From assembly GCF_006345805.1 (NCBI RefSeq), contig NC_043009.1:46562001-46626000 (forward strand): a stretch of 64,000 bases of DNA, written 5' to 3'. A model generated the notes under the pieces. The model had not been told where the DNA came from. It searched no databases and saw only the letters and a list, made by a program, of their open reading frames with translations. Below, one piece after another: positions 40,441-53,073 of the stretch. Numbering within the stretch: position 1 is the first letter of the stretch; every line of letters begins with the position of its first letter. This DNA comes from Octopus sinensis (lineage: Eukaryota). Position numbers and translations under genes: made by a program.

Positions 40441-40844
40441 CAGGTCCCAAAAGACAGTTGCGTGTTTTAACACTATATTTTACTGAACCTTCATTTGTCG
40501 CTCATGACGAGAGAATCCATTATACACACTCACACATACACGCATCTTTTATCTTGTATCTTTTACTGCATTTTCCTAAGGATAAATGAAAAACTAAACG
40601 AATATAAGTTTTAAAAGAGAAATAGCCTCTTCTCTGCCATGATTTGTTTTCCCTCATGTCATGCTCAATATTAACACAATATTTTTATCTCTATTAACAA
40701 TTTCAAGGTAGACACTTTACCGGAGTCATCCTCAGCTTATTCATTTTGGCTTTACGTTGGTGTTTTCCTTGTGGAGAATGCAATGTATATTAATACCATG
40801 GGATACACAATAAAACATGTATTATTTGTTAAGCATTTGATGTC

Positions 40845-41252
40845 TTTTAATGTTCTTTTCTACTATAGGCACAAGGCTCGAAATTTTGGGGGAGCGGACC
40901 AGTCGATTAGATCGACCCCAATACGCAACTGGTACTTAATTTATCGATTCTGAAAGATGAAAGGCAAAATCAACCTCGGCGGAATTTGAACTCAGAACGT
41001 AAAGACAAGCGAAATACCTATTTCATTACTACCCACAAGGGACTAAACACAGTGGGGACAAACAAGGACAGACAAACGAATTAAGTCGATTATATCGACT
41101 CCAGTGCGTAACTGGTACTTATTTGATCGACCCCGAAAAGATGAAAGGCAAAGTCGACCCCGGCGGAATTTGAACTCAGACCGCAGCGGCGGACGAATTA
41201 CCACAAAGCATGCCACACGGCGTGCTAACGTTTCTGCCAGCTCGCTGCCTTA
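40845..41252 (-). mobile_element. Compound SINE family 1: head, body, tail A, headless body, tail B
   Basis: Junction aatgaaata|ggtatttcg at 41019/41018. Confidence 0.85.
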
Positions 41253-41280
41253 GAATGTCTTTTAATGTTAGATGTTTAAT

Positions 41281-41408
41281 TAAGGTGGCGAGCAGCGAGC
41301 TGCCTTTCATCCTTTCAGATCTATAAGATAAATACTAGTTGAGCATTGGGGTCAATGTAATCAAATTACCCCACACCCGAAATTGCTGGCCTTGAGCCAA
41401 AATTCTAA
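41281..41408 (+). mobile_element. Internally deleted SINE family 1 copy
   Basis: taaggtggcgag joined to tgcctttcatcctttc..ggggtcaatgtaatc..gaaattgctggccttgagccaaaatt. Confidence 0.65.
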
Positions 41409-42235
41409 ACCGATATTACATCTTCAATGAGACAACTTATGCCCTTTTCAATAAGTTGCTAAATTCTAAGCGCAGGTTCCGTGAGACACACATGTATTAT
41501 TCTTAACGAGGAGTCTTGTATAAATGGCAGGACTTGAGCTATATATATAGCAAAATATCAATTTTGCATTATATTTTATCACCTGAGCGGAACTTTTCTA
41601 AGGAAAACTGGAGCTTTTATGGAAGAGATTCCGAAAAGGTTTCTCACTGTGGTCTAAGTTATATATTCTATAAATCCATTTTGCATACGGTTTGGCAGTA
41701 ATCTGAGAGAGACTCCAAATAAGTTGATATTTCAGTTCAATAATTTTAAGATATAGAAATCTAAATCATCTTTCGCGAAATATATTACATTTGGACTAAA
41801 TATTGATTTTATTGATATTCTCTACTTTCAGGAATGTAATAATTTCTCTCAAATTTACAAAAAGCTTCGTAACGACTTGCATTTGGATTTTCGTTTCACA
41901 ACTGCTGCTGTATAATCCGGAATGACTTGAATTTGTCGCTGAAGTTACTAAACAGTAGCTAGACGACCTTGAAAAGTTTCGTTGGTTGCATTGAAAGGTA
42001 AGTAAACATCATTGAGATAGTCTACCTTTGTTCCCCAACTTAACTGTCAACTTTCTGTTTTATCCTGCTGCATCACGGAATTTTGTCATTGTCCAGGTCG
42101 CCATCTCAAATTGACGAAAATGTTTTGGCAAATTAAGTTTAAATGTTGAAGACAATCTATCGGTTTTTGTGTGTGTTTTTTAATGGCTTATAAACACCTT
42201 CCACGCTGCAATTGTTTTCGTTTCAGCACACGATC

Positions 42236-42271
42236 TCAGATCAGGCCACTTGCTATGCAAGTACATCTCCG

Positions 42272-42338
<67 letters not shown>

Positions 42339-42374
42339 CGGAGACGTACTTGCATAGCAAGTGGCCTGATCTGA
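42236..42374. repeat. Palindrome: 39-bp inverted arms enclosing (TA)n
   Basis: tcagatcaggccacttgctatgcaagtacatctccgtaa / ttacggagacgtacttgcatagcaagtggcctgatctga, one mismatch. Confidence 0.92.
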
Positions 42375-42779
42375 TACATATATATATATATATAAGCCCC
42401 CACACACATATATTAGTTTGTACCAGGACGAAGGATTGGGATTACCGCATGGCTGTGATAGTCACACTGTCGATAAATTTAGGAAAATACTTCCGCATTC
42501 TTTTTCTGCTGTTAGGGGAGTAAAAATGCTTCCCGGGTTTATATTGCATAAATTTGGGTTCTCATGGGGTCTGGTTGCAGTCCTTTATTGTTTTATTGTT
42601 TGTATTGTGTGTTGTGTGTTTGTAATTCAAGTTGTGTCCTTCTGGTGGTTATTCCGCTTGTAGTGTACATGTGGTGGTTGTTTATTTACTGTATAGAGTT
42701 TGTATTGTATTTGTGGATTGTCTTGTTTGGGTTATACTATTGAATATATTGTGTCTTGCGTAAGATATGGTCTGTCTCG

Positions 42780-43460
42780 ACCGAAGACGGTAAGATCTGA
42801 GGTGGAGTGGTCGGCCAGACGATAATGACGAGCGACAAGGGTGTTTTCTTACTTAGATGAACGGTCTGCTAGCCGGCGGCCCGTCTAACCAGCTTAAAGT
42901 TTATTGCAAAGAGGCTTGAAGAAGAGCAGGACAAGTAGTTCCTAACGTAGAGGGTCTGCTGGTTGGATCCAGTGAGGAAGGTGTTGTTGGTGATGAACGG
43001 ACAGGTGTGGCAACAGGGTCTGGAGCAAGGGAAAGATCCGGGTTGCGTTGGAAATGGAGTGAGGAGGGAGCTACGGACCTGTAGACTGTGTAGGTTAGGG
43101 GCGCGTTTGCAGGAGGTGAGGATGGGTTGGGGAAAATTGAAAGGGTGGTGGTATCTGGCTGGAGGTGACGGAAGGCCCGCTGGATTTTCCGACGAAGGGG
43201 TAGGGTGGAGGGGGAAAGGAAGGGAAAGAAGATGCGGTTGAGGATCGGTATGGGGAAGGCAAGAGGGTGGTAGTGCAATCGATTTGACGACAGCTGGTAA
43301 GGGCAGTTTGGACAAGGGTGGATGGGTATCCGCGACGCATGAGCAAGAGTGCCAGGTGTTTGGACTGGGTCTTGAAATCCTGGACCCGGCAGCGAGTGAG
43401 GTAGCACCTATACAGTCGTCTATATAGCGACCATACAGCTCTGGGGTCGGTCCGGAAGAA
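42780..43460 (-). mobile_element. Penelope-like element (Neptune-type) fragment, internally deleted
   Basis: SGPTPELYGRYIDDCIGATS (RT), LMRRGYPSTLVQTA (thumb), PGSFPCSRPCCHTCPFI (linker) and G*TGRRLADR..VARHY..HSTSDLTVFG (GIY-YIG). Confidence 0.8.
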
Positions 43461-43466
43461 TATATT

Positions 43467-43531
<65 letters not shown>

Positions 43532-43879
43532 GCCAAACCGCTATCTTTAAAGATGACATCTTAGAGTTAGTATTGATATAAAGGAATTATTTGGCTAATG
43601 TGAAATATACATAAGCTAGAAATAATCTCTGTTTTTCTGTTTTCTTTTTTCTTTTTTCTATTTCTTTTCGTTCTATGACTGTTTCCATTTCCAACCAGAA
43701 AGTCGATAATACTTTGCTTACAGAAGATTGTCTGTCTTTAAAAGACCTATGTCCTCTTTTAAGAACTGCGTTATTCATCATATATTCTTTTTACTTAATG
43801 TCACGGTGACTTCAATGATAGTAATATTGTGGCGAATTATATAAAGAGCAGAAAATGAAGTCGGGATTATTTCTTGCAG

Positions 43880-44020
43880 TTTATGTCATGTGACAACATT
43901 ACTCATATACTGGAAGTCTGTATGATAAAAGTCGTTAACGCTGACAACGATAATCAACAGTTCAACAACTTCACTAATTACAGCACAAGTCAGCCAGAAA
44001 CAGATAGCGGAATTGTTACA
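43880..44020 (+). other. Candidate exon (141 nt, phase 0-0)
   Basis: Acceptor ttatttcttgcag; open frame FMSCDNITHILEVCMIKVVNADNDNQQFNNFTNYSTSQPETDSGIVT with three N-x-S/T sequons; weak donor GTATCA. Confidence 0.2.
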
Positions 44021-44822
44021 GTATCAGAAAACTCTATCGTGCTTTTTAGTTATATCCTTTTATTTTAATTTATTTTAAATACACCTGGAGCAGAGTTTCC
44101 CTTCGTGGATCGCCCAGGAGTTGATTAAACACGTACCTGTTAAGTTCTCTTATTTATTCAGTTAGCAAAACACCTCTACATTTTTTTTTACAGTATTTGA
44201 ACATTTTCGCGGTCTTTATGCAGTGTATCGTAGCTCACAACAAAATGTCGTGTTCAAATATATAACAGTCACAATTTTCATGCTATCATTTTAGTATTCA
44301 AACATGACAAAATGAGGATGCACTAAAGCCAGGTGTTGAAATGCTAAATATGAAAAAGCAAAATAGAAAAATTAACGTGTAAAATCTATTGAAGGAAAAT
44401 CCGAAAATGTTAAGAATATATTAACATAATATGACCAGTGTCCAAAAAATATCCATGAAAAATCAACCCAAGTTGTTTTGTTTTTTTTCTGCGGTTCCAA
44501 AACACACCAATTCCTACACTGAAATGTGAAACTGGTCATACCTTCCTGATATAAGCCTAATACCTTTGATATTCGCATCAGTAACAAAAGTTTCAGAGTA
44601 TTAATTAGTTCAAATGTGTCTCGTAGCTCATCCTATACATAACACGTTTCTGATCCCTTAAATCCTACCCTTTAGCACTCTCTGAAAAACGCTATTTCCC
44701 ACTTAACTGGGACGCAATTAAGAGTATGTCGCTGTTGAAGGAGATGAGATAAATATTACGTCTCATTAGCCAAATTATAAATATACTGACGTATTACTAT
44801 TCTATAATTTTGAGATGACATT

Positions 44823-45348
44823 ATTTACAATGGACGAATAGGTGCCCTCATCTTGTCTTTTGTTATCATAACGTTTCTGCTGGTGTACTCTCCAGCTTTC
44901 ATCAGTTGTTAAGGTTTCATCGGGGGTTAAAATAATCGACACAGAACACCACTGGAAAATAAGAAAATTAAAAGAGACTGCACATATTCTAGGACACAAT
45001 AATCTTGTAAACAGACCTAGTGCAGACCTGAATTTAATATGGGAACAAGTATTAAGAAAAGATAAAATAATAGGCTTATAAGTCCTAAAATTCACTCTAT
45101 AATTGCCTACTGGCATATAGCGTAGTGTATAAGAGCGCGGGCTAATAACTCAGATTCTAAGTTCAATCCCAGGCAGAGACTTGAAAAATAATATCAACAG
45201 AATAATATCAACATCGGCAACATCCCGATTGGTCAGATAAAGGGTTGGGTTCGAAATTCCACCAGAAGACCTGATGAAGGCTGGAGAGTACATCAGCCGA
45301 AACGTGATAACAACAAAGATGAGGACACTTATCCGTCCATTGTAAATA
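44823..45348 (+). mobile_element. Penelope-like element (Poseidon-type) 3' end preceded by an inverted truncated pLTR
   Basis: 44926-45081 encodes VKIIDTEHHWKIRKLKETAHILGHNNLVNRPSADLNLIWEQVLRK (GIY-YIG C-terminus). A tRNA-like segment follows at 45112-45175 and a hammerhead at 45266-45306. 44823-44908 is an inverted copy of the tail. Confidence 0.8.
45266..45306 (+). ncRNA. Hammerhead core, probably inactivated
   Basis: CTGATGA-A-GGCTG(GAGAGTACAT)CAGCC-GAAAC-GTG; the triplet is GUG and the stem I partner is lost. Confidence 0.55.
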
Positions 45349-45654
45349 TACAGACTATTAACTTCATTTCCAGTATACCCAAGTTGATAATCCAGAACAC
45401 ATTCATAAGTTGTATAGAAGACATGTGTACAAGAGATGTTTTGGCAGGGAGCTACCAGTTTATAGGAGGCAATCTTGCTTGGCTTAACAACTGCTTATTA
45501 GTATTAGATTTATTAGAATACTGTATCAACATAACAAGGAATATTTAAACAAGAAACACAAGTTTCTATTTTCTTAAAATCTAACTATGTAAGTGAATTT
45601 ACTTAGACACTGATACAAACACGCACACACACATACACACACATACATAAATAG

Positions 45655-45687
<33 letters not shown>

Positions 45688-46009
45688 TGTATGTATGTAT
45701 GTATGTATGTATGAACAGATATACATGCACATATATTGGTCTATATCAGAACGAAGCGTTGGGAATACTGCATGGCTGAGAAAAGCATTTCCCAGTAAGC
45801 CACAAATACAGCAAGATTTGTAACGGACGCTTGCTTAAAATATCATATAGCTGATGCCCCTATATGAAGAACGTTTTCACCCAAGACTCTACTCACAGTT
45901 GATAATGTCGAAACCCTAAAGCTTGCCCATTTGACCAGACGCATATGATAAACTCCAAAAACGGATAAGGTAAAAGTCACAATAAAGCTTCAAGATAACC
46001 TAACCGAAA

Positions 46010-46450
46010 AGAAAAATTACACCGGATTATGCGAAGGCATTTTCAAAAGGCGTTCTGCAAACCACTTATCTTCGTCGATAAAAGTAAAGCCACTACGTTG
46101 GCTTGCCATGTATGAGGTTTGAACACAAACTTCACACGACATACAATCAAGTGCAGCATCGTAGACAAATCCGTGCCATATTTCAGTCGATCGCCATAAG
46201 AAATGTGACATGCATAGCTGAAAGATCCCATATTTTTCTTTTAAGAAATAAGAATTCTACCGCACTACTGTATTCAAGATCCAAAATATCAGGCAAATTC
46301 AAGCATAAAGATGAATTTGATTTGACAAACTAGAGGGTACGAGTCTCTCCGGATTGAATAGCCGTCTCGCAGATTTTAGGCCCCTCTCTATTGAATTATT
46401 TATGCAATAACTAGCTTAATTACGGTTTTTCGGCCAAAGAGTACATCACT
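46010..46450 (-). pseudogene. Decayed Tc1/Tc3-like transposase fragment
   Basis: RVKFVFKPHTWQ..FIDEDKWF resembles the first catalytic Asp region (R..FA....W..V.FSDEKKF). Confidence 0.4.
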
Positions 46451-46869
46451 CCAATTTTCATTGTTATTTTTTTTTCCGACTTTATTTACAATTTCACTTT
46501 TTGTGTCTGCCTTCTCGCTTTTTTTCTCGTGCTTTCTCATGTAGCAGCGTCCTAATATGCAAATAGATTAGACGATGTGCTCAGAGTCTCAAAACTGACT
46601 GAGGGCGAAAGGCTTGTAATAAAAACCTGCTCAGATTCGTGTCGCCAAAGCAAAAAACTATTAGTAGCTCGCATGTTTATACCGTGTACTTTACATGATA
46701 TTAACCTTTGACTGGATGGAGTATTTTTTTTTTGTTATCTTACCTTAACAGTAAAGTAATATATAACATTAAACCAATGGTAGCCTTAATTCACAAATAA
46801 AGAAATTATATACACACCTATGCGGTGTTGAGAATTCATTTCATCGTTCGACGGTTTACGTATATACAT

Positions 46870-46946
<77 letters not shown>

Positions 46947-47293
46947 ATGTATGTATGTATGTATGTATGGCCTGCTCGCTTAGCCAGCGGGGTGGCGTCA
47001 TTTGAAGGCTAGAACAATGCGAACCGCATTGTGACCAGCGATGTGTAGCAACATCTGATAGCCTGGTCGGCCACGTAATCACGTAATATTTATATGTATG
47101 TATGTATATATATATATATATATATACATTTAAATGGATGTGTATATTTTTCCTTGTTTACAATTAACACAGAAAAAATAAATAAAGAAGTACCAGGGCA
47201 GCAATAAATCACATAAGTAATAAGGACATAACACCCTATTTGTAAAGGTGGAAACTCCGGGTTGATGTGACATATTTTGTATAATATATATAA

Positions 47294-47420
47294 ACAAGCA
47301 GTATAACCCGGCTTTGCCCGGGATTAAGTTAGGATTGCTAAGCTAATCAAGTTATATATTTTAAACCAAACTAAGTAACATTGACGTCAAATTTGGGCGA
47401 AATCCGTTGATATTTGTTTA
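47294..47420 (+). mobile_element. Helitron/Helentron-like 5' end fragment
   Basis: acaagcagtataacccggctttgcccggg, a variant of the 47442 terminus. Confidence 0.5.
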
Positions 47421-47441
47421 TATATATATATATATATATAT

Positions 47442-47972
47442 ACTAGCAGTATCGCCCGGCGTTGCTCGGGTTTGTAAGGGAAATAACTATATAAGCATTT
47501 TAGAGAGTTATAGCAAAAAAAATCATTAAAAATGGAATAAAAAATGATGATAATTTTTTTTAAATCGTTGACTCAGTGTCTTCAAGCCATGAAGTCGTTG
47601 TTCTAAAAGAACGCTGGTCTCCTTGACAACGCATTACGACGTTGATTTCCTTACACTCCCTTCCCCACAGCTTCACGAGGGATGGAAGAAGGGGGAGAAG
47701 CAAACAGGTGCAGATGTGAGCGTGGACGCCAACTCCGCCGCCATCGACACACGAAAAATTATGCATTAAAATGGAATAAAAAATGATGTTAAATTATTTT
47801 TAAAATCGTAGACTCATCGTAGACGCGCGCTAATACTCAGACGGGCTCGATATGAATCACGACTATAAGATATCCGAATTTGGTTAAACTGCACCGCAAA
47901 ACGTGGGAGTAGTTAGGAATCTAAATCGAAGGGGACAGACACTCACACAACTACAGTTTTATATATATAGAT
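47442..47972 (+). mobile_element. Non-autonomous Helitron/Helentron-like element in (TA)n
   Basis: 5' ACTAGC..CCCGGCGTTGCTCGGG hairpin, internal subrepeats, 3' gacagac..ttttatatatatagat; architecture of HINE/Lep1-type elements. Confidence 0.65.
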
Positions 47973-47980
47973 ATATATAT

Positions 47981-48023
<43 letters not shown>

Positions 48024-48867
48024 ATTATAATATAAATATATATATATGTATATTATAATATAAATATATATGGGCAACACACATACACACGTACGTACGT
48101 ACACCTATTGCATATATGCTTTTTTTGTATGCATACATGTTCATAAAGGGAAATGAATGGGAAAAAAATGTTGGTAAATTTGTATATTAACACTCGCACG
48201 ATTTTTCGCGTGGAATCAACTACTCTAGCCTCCTAATATGCTACAAAACTCTTTTTGTGGTCCGAAAAACAGGGTGGGGTGTGGTGGAAGCCTCGGAAAT
48301 TTTACTCATTTATATTGTGTAATTCACTGACAAATTGTTACCTACCTCTTCGTTTCTTTGTTGTTAAATAAATAGATTCTCAACAAAACACTTTTTCCTC
48401 GGCGTAGAATAGGACAAAACACTTTCGCGCCCAAAGTAATGTGAGAGTGAGAGGGGGAAGAAACATGAACGATTTAAAATGAATTAAGGATTTAAAATAC
48501 ATTTTAATTGTTGTGTGAGAAAGTATATATAATCTGATTATGAAATATAGTGTCTTTCAAAACATTCTAAATTTGAAGCCTATATCGTTTTTAAGAAAAA
48601 AACAAAACATTTTACATTTTTATTTTTGATGAACGCTGTCACTTACTCACTCTCTCTCTCTCTCTCTCTCACTTTGTCTTTACCTTTTTTTGCTAGACGC
48701 AGTCAAAGTCTCTCCCTTACAGATACTTTTTCTTTACTTTTTTGTTAGACGCTGTCAAAAACTCTCTCTCTCCCTGACACACACACACATACATCAACAC
48801 ACAGCTTCTCTCTCTCCCTCACACACACGCGCACACACACACGCACATTCCTTGGCTATGGCAAGTT

Positions 48868-49042
48868 CTTAGTGGCATTCCGTCCGTCTATACATTCTGA
48901 GATCAAATTCCACCGAGGTCGACTTTATCATTCATTCTTTCGGGATCAATAAAATAAGTAGCAGAAGAGTACTGAGGTCGATGTAATCGACCTATGTACA
49001 CCCTGAAAATTACTGGCCCTATGCCAAAATTTGAAGCCATTA
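48868..49042 (+). mobile_element. Headless SINE family 1 copy, tail B variant
   Basis: ttctgagatcaaattccaccgaggtcgacttt..gtcgatgtaatcgac..aaattactggccctatgccaaaatttgaa. Confidence 0.75.
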
Positions 49043-51042
49043 AAGTCAGTTTCTCCAATTGTGTGTTGGTTACCAAATTAATCTGTTAGTTTGTGATATC
49101 TTGTAAGTACTGAGAAAATTGGTTTTGGTGTAGATTAGTTTCAGAATATATAGAGTAGGACGTCTTCCAAATGTCATCGTCTTTTGTACCCGATATTTAT
49201 CATGTAAACGTTATTTTTTATATATACTATCTTGAAAATTGTTCTTTATAGATGCGATGGTTTCAAATGATAAGATATGTTCCTGCACAGGTCACTGATG
49301 ATCTGAAGGCAGGGCGGTAAATCCATACACGAAATAGTTTACATTATTTTGGCAAAATTTGGTGTTTCGGGATCGGGATCCTAAGAGAATTAGCGGACCC
49401 ATTCAAACCATTTTTATCCCTTTTCGGTTTCTGAAAAACATTAAAAAATATCTAGAATCTAAAAGCAAAAGTCTCTGATACTACGAAAAAATATATTGTT
49501 GCCATTACTAAATAATTCGAGTGGGTAAATATGTAGTTTTTAATATTTTTACAAAAAAAAAAGAAAAAGAAAGAAATAATGGATATATATATATGTTTTT
49601 TAAACATAATGTGTGTTGAAAGAATGACTAACCACAATGTCTTTTCATTCAAGGAGATATTTATGTATAGGATCCTCTATAGCAAAAATCTGCAACTGTT
49701 AAAATTATCGAAAATGGGCAAAGCTCCTCCTTAATAATAATTATAATAGTAAATCAATTCTTCTGTTTCTTTTGTTTCAGATCAAACAGGAAAACAATTG
49801 AAACCGTGATTTTTTTTCTACTTTAATTACCTCTCTTCAAAATGTACAAAGAAAAAAGAGTGTGCACGTTTTGAACGATGGGATTTAACATCGATTTAAG
49901 TAGGTTTAACTCAAAACTGTTTTCTTCGTAAGTCTGACTTCACTGATCTCCGATAATTGCACAGAAATCAACTTGGATTTAAATTTTTACTTACCCTGTT
50001 TGCGGTCAAAGTTTTTTGCCAAGTTGCTACAATTAGTGCAGAGGCGAAAAATGTGTGGGTCCTACCATTCTTTCGAGGAACGAGTTTCTCATCTATTTTA
50101 ACACAATGGTGCCGGGATATCTGAAATTTTAGGTAACAAGAATAACCCCAACTATCCAGTAATTGAGAGTTAGGTTCTGTGAATGATTTGTTCACTAATA
50201 ATAATCAAAACGTCTCCAGCCTGATGCCACTGCTGCTGCTACTGCTGTTGGTGTTGCTTGTTGTTGTTGTTGTTAAGCAACAAGACGGGTAAGGGTGATT
50301 CGGTGATGGTCTAGGGCTTAGAGGAGGGAGACCCCAGACCTTGGAAAAAAAAACTTTGGTCGTCTTGTTGTAGTCGAGGGCTCTTGTTGACGCCCGTCAC
50401 CACTGGGAGGTGGCCCTCGAAGTCGCTGGAAATGGAGATCTCCAGGTCCGAATTCTTAGACGGCTGTTGCTGTTGCTGATCTTACATGCCCAATGACAAT
50501 GTATTTTAATACAATTATTTAATAGTATAAAAGAAACTGCTAAAAGGGACAAAATGCATCAAGGAAAACTTGATGCCAGAGCGGACAGCTTTTCTCACAT
50601 CAGTATATCAGAGACCATTTGATTAAAACATTTACACCGCCGCCCAGTAAAAGATGTATGGTACGCATCAAAGACCTTCAGGAATTAGTTCATGGAATAT
50701 ATTTGGATATTAATAATGCATTGTGGCGCCATACATCTTTGAAACAAAAAAATATGCTAAAATATTATCAAATTGGCAGCTTGGTCTCTTGTTTTTACCC
50801 TTACTTCACTGGTAATGATATATACATTCGCTCAACTTCTTTGCTCAAATCTCTAAGTTCTCCCTTTAATTTTATTTTGCCTACCGCCCACCTCATAATT
50901 CCAAACGTATCCCTCCCAAAGAGTCAGTCATCACTCGGTTGAGAAACACTGAAATAGGCAAAGTTGTACAGGTGATAAGTAGAATGAGTCAAGTGTATTC
51001 AAAACAAAAGCCAAGAGGTCATATATTCTCTTTTTTCTCTTT

Positions 51043-51249
51043 TTTATTTGTTTCAGTCATTTGACTGCAGTCATGATGGAGCACCGCCTTTAATCGAGCA
51101 ACTCGACCCCGGGACTTATTCTTTGTAAGCCAGTACTTATTCTATCGGTCTCTTTTGCCGAACCGCTAAGTGACGGGGACATAAACACACCAGCATCGGT
51201 TGTCAAGCAATGCTAGGGGGACAAACACAGACACACAAACATACACGCA

Positions 51250-51330
<81 letters not shown>

Positions 51331-51489
51331 TACGACAGGCTTCTTTTCAGTTTCCGTCTCCCAAATCCACTCACAAGGCTTTGGTCGGCCCGAGGCTATA
51401 GTAGAAGACACTTGCCCAAGGTGCCACGCAGTGGGACTGAACCCGGAACCATGTGGTTAGTAAGCAAGCTACTTACCACACAGCCACTC
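51043..51489 (-). mobile_element. SINE family 2, full length, with an internal (TA)/(TG) microsatellite
   Basis: Head gagtggctgtgtggtaag..ggttcagtccc (A/B boxes), ccttgggcaagtgtctt (CORE-like, recalled from octopus OR-type SINEs), internal microsatellite and 3' domain. Confidence 0.85.
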
Positions 51490-52858
51490 ATTTTTTAAAG
51501 TTATATGGGTTTTTTTTCTAGAAGACTTTTCTTAATTAGAAAGGTCACCTAAAATGTTTGTGACAGTTTCAGTCATCTTTCACCGCCAAGCTTGCCACTA
51601 AATTTGGGACAATCCAAAAGTCATAGACAAAAGAGGAAGATGATATCCATGCAGCACTAGATAAGCAATTGGATGAAAGTGAAACTCTTGTCTATATTCC
51701 CAAGAACAAAAATGACAGCGATATACAATAGCATATGACAAGAATCGCACGAAGAGACGTGCGCAATAGTTTGCAATTAAAAACTATACAAACACCAGAA
51801 CTGCATGGCATTGCATGAATGAGAAAATGAAATGCAATGCTCAAGGTATCCAATGGGGCAATAACTATACATGGTCCCTCCAGAGAAGGAATATGTAGGA
51901 CACACATGATGGTCATTTCGAGAAAGATTTTAGCAAGTATCTTGCACGATCCCTAAAGAATCTACATCGCAAAAGGAGATGAAGTTTTGCGTGGTGGAGT
52001 CAAACTTCATTTATCAAATACGGAGTGCAACGCTGACACAGATGCCATGATGGTTCCACTATGCAAAACTATATATCAATTGCTAGGCAAACTTTTTATC
52101 TGATGCACTTCGAACACTGTGAAGTTGAAACTGTCACTAAACTCAATCACTTTTTAAAGTTAGTAGATTAAATGATATTTATGGAAGATTAATTAATTAT
52201 TCATTAGAGTTTAATGATTAAAGTTTTAACTATTCAAATCTCCTTTTCAACGGCGATATATTTACTTGTGGCTCGCATTATAATACAGAAGAAAAATATC
52301 AAGGATACATTGAACGTTACAGCATACAATTGTAACAGTTTACTCAGTAAACCTCATATGTTTTAGTGTGCAACAAAGCATTTGGAGAAAATTATGTTGA
52401 TACTAATGAATGACATATGTACCTGCTTTTTGTAACAAAGAGGTAACTTCGTTATTTAGTCAAAGTGCAATTCACCCTTGACAGTGCTATCCCAACAAGA
52501 TAAAAGGAATGAGCAGACATATATATTTCGATCCAAAATTCTGATGTCCAGCATCAATAATTTTGGTTATCCCTTTTAACTTAGTTGTAATGTGGTAAGA
52601 TGGGCAAGTCTTCAAATAATCTTGGATCCATCACCTGATTTAGTACTAAAAGATACAAATTAATGACATCTGTACATGGCAATTTAAGATTATTTAAGAT
52701 TTCGCAAGTTTTGCAAAATGTATGCTAAATAATTCCGCTGCAACATCTATTATTTCTAAGAAATAATGTAAATCTTTGTTGGTATGTGGAAAAGAGATAT
52801 AGGAAAAGTGCTGAGCCGAAGTAAATAATGTATAATGCTAATCGTGACATTGTCATTC

Positions 52859-53031
52859 AAACATGGCTGTTCTGTAGCGACCGATGTTACTGCTATTTTT
52901 AATCCCCGGAGGACACCTCCTATAGCTGGTTATTCGATGCATTCAATACTTGATGAATAACAAGTTGGAGGGGGTGTCCTCCTGGGTTTAAAAATAGCAG
53001 TAACGCCGGTTCTTACGGAACAGCCATGTTT
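52859..53031. mobile_element. MITE-like 173-bp foldback
   Basis: aaacatggctgttc..gttactgctattttt..ggaggacacc..gttattc / gaataac..ggtgtcctcc..aaaaatagcagtaac..gaacagccatgttt; approx. 77-bp arms. Confidence 0.8.
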
Positions 53032-53073
53032 AGTGCGATTAACACTACTTCTCAGTCTAGTTATTGCCATCAG

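Noticed and set aside
41833-41997. Exon or histone H3-like peptide (DFRFTTAAV)
   Set aside because: Good splice signals, but stops in all three frames and the H3 resemblance is only a few residues.
42420-42770. L1 ORF1 fragment next to the Penelope piece
   Set aside because: Low-complexity T/N-rich resemblance only; no conserved motif.
45112-45175. tRNA gene (likewise the SINE heads at about 51420-51489 and 58130-58220)
   Set aside because: Only A/B-box-like remnants embedded in repeats; no complete cloverleaf could be folded.
49291-49335. CTGATGA..GAAA as a hammerhead
   Set aside because: No stem II, and no stem I or III pairing.
50280-50470. GC-richer stretch as an ORF1 N-terminus (SDLEISISSDFEG)
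   Set aside because: Only compositional similarity to the acidic ORF1 N-terminus; too short to support.
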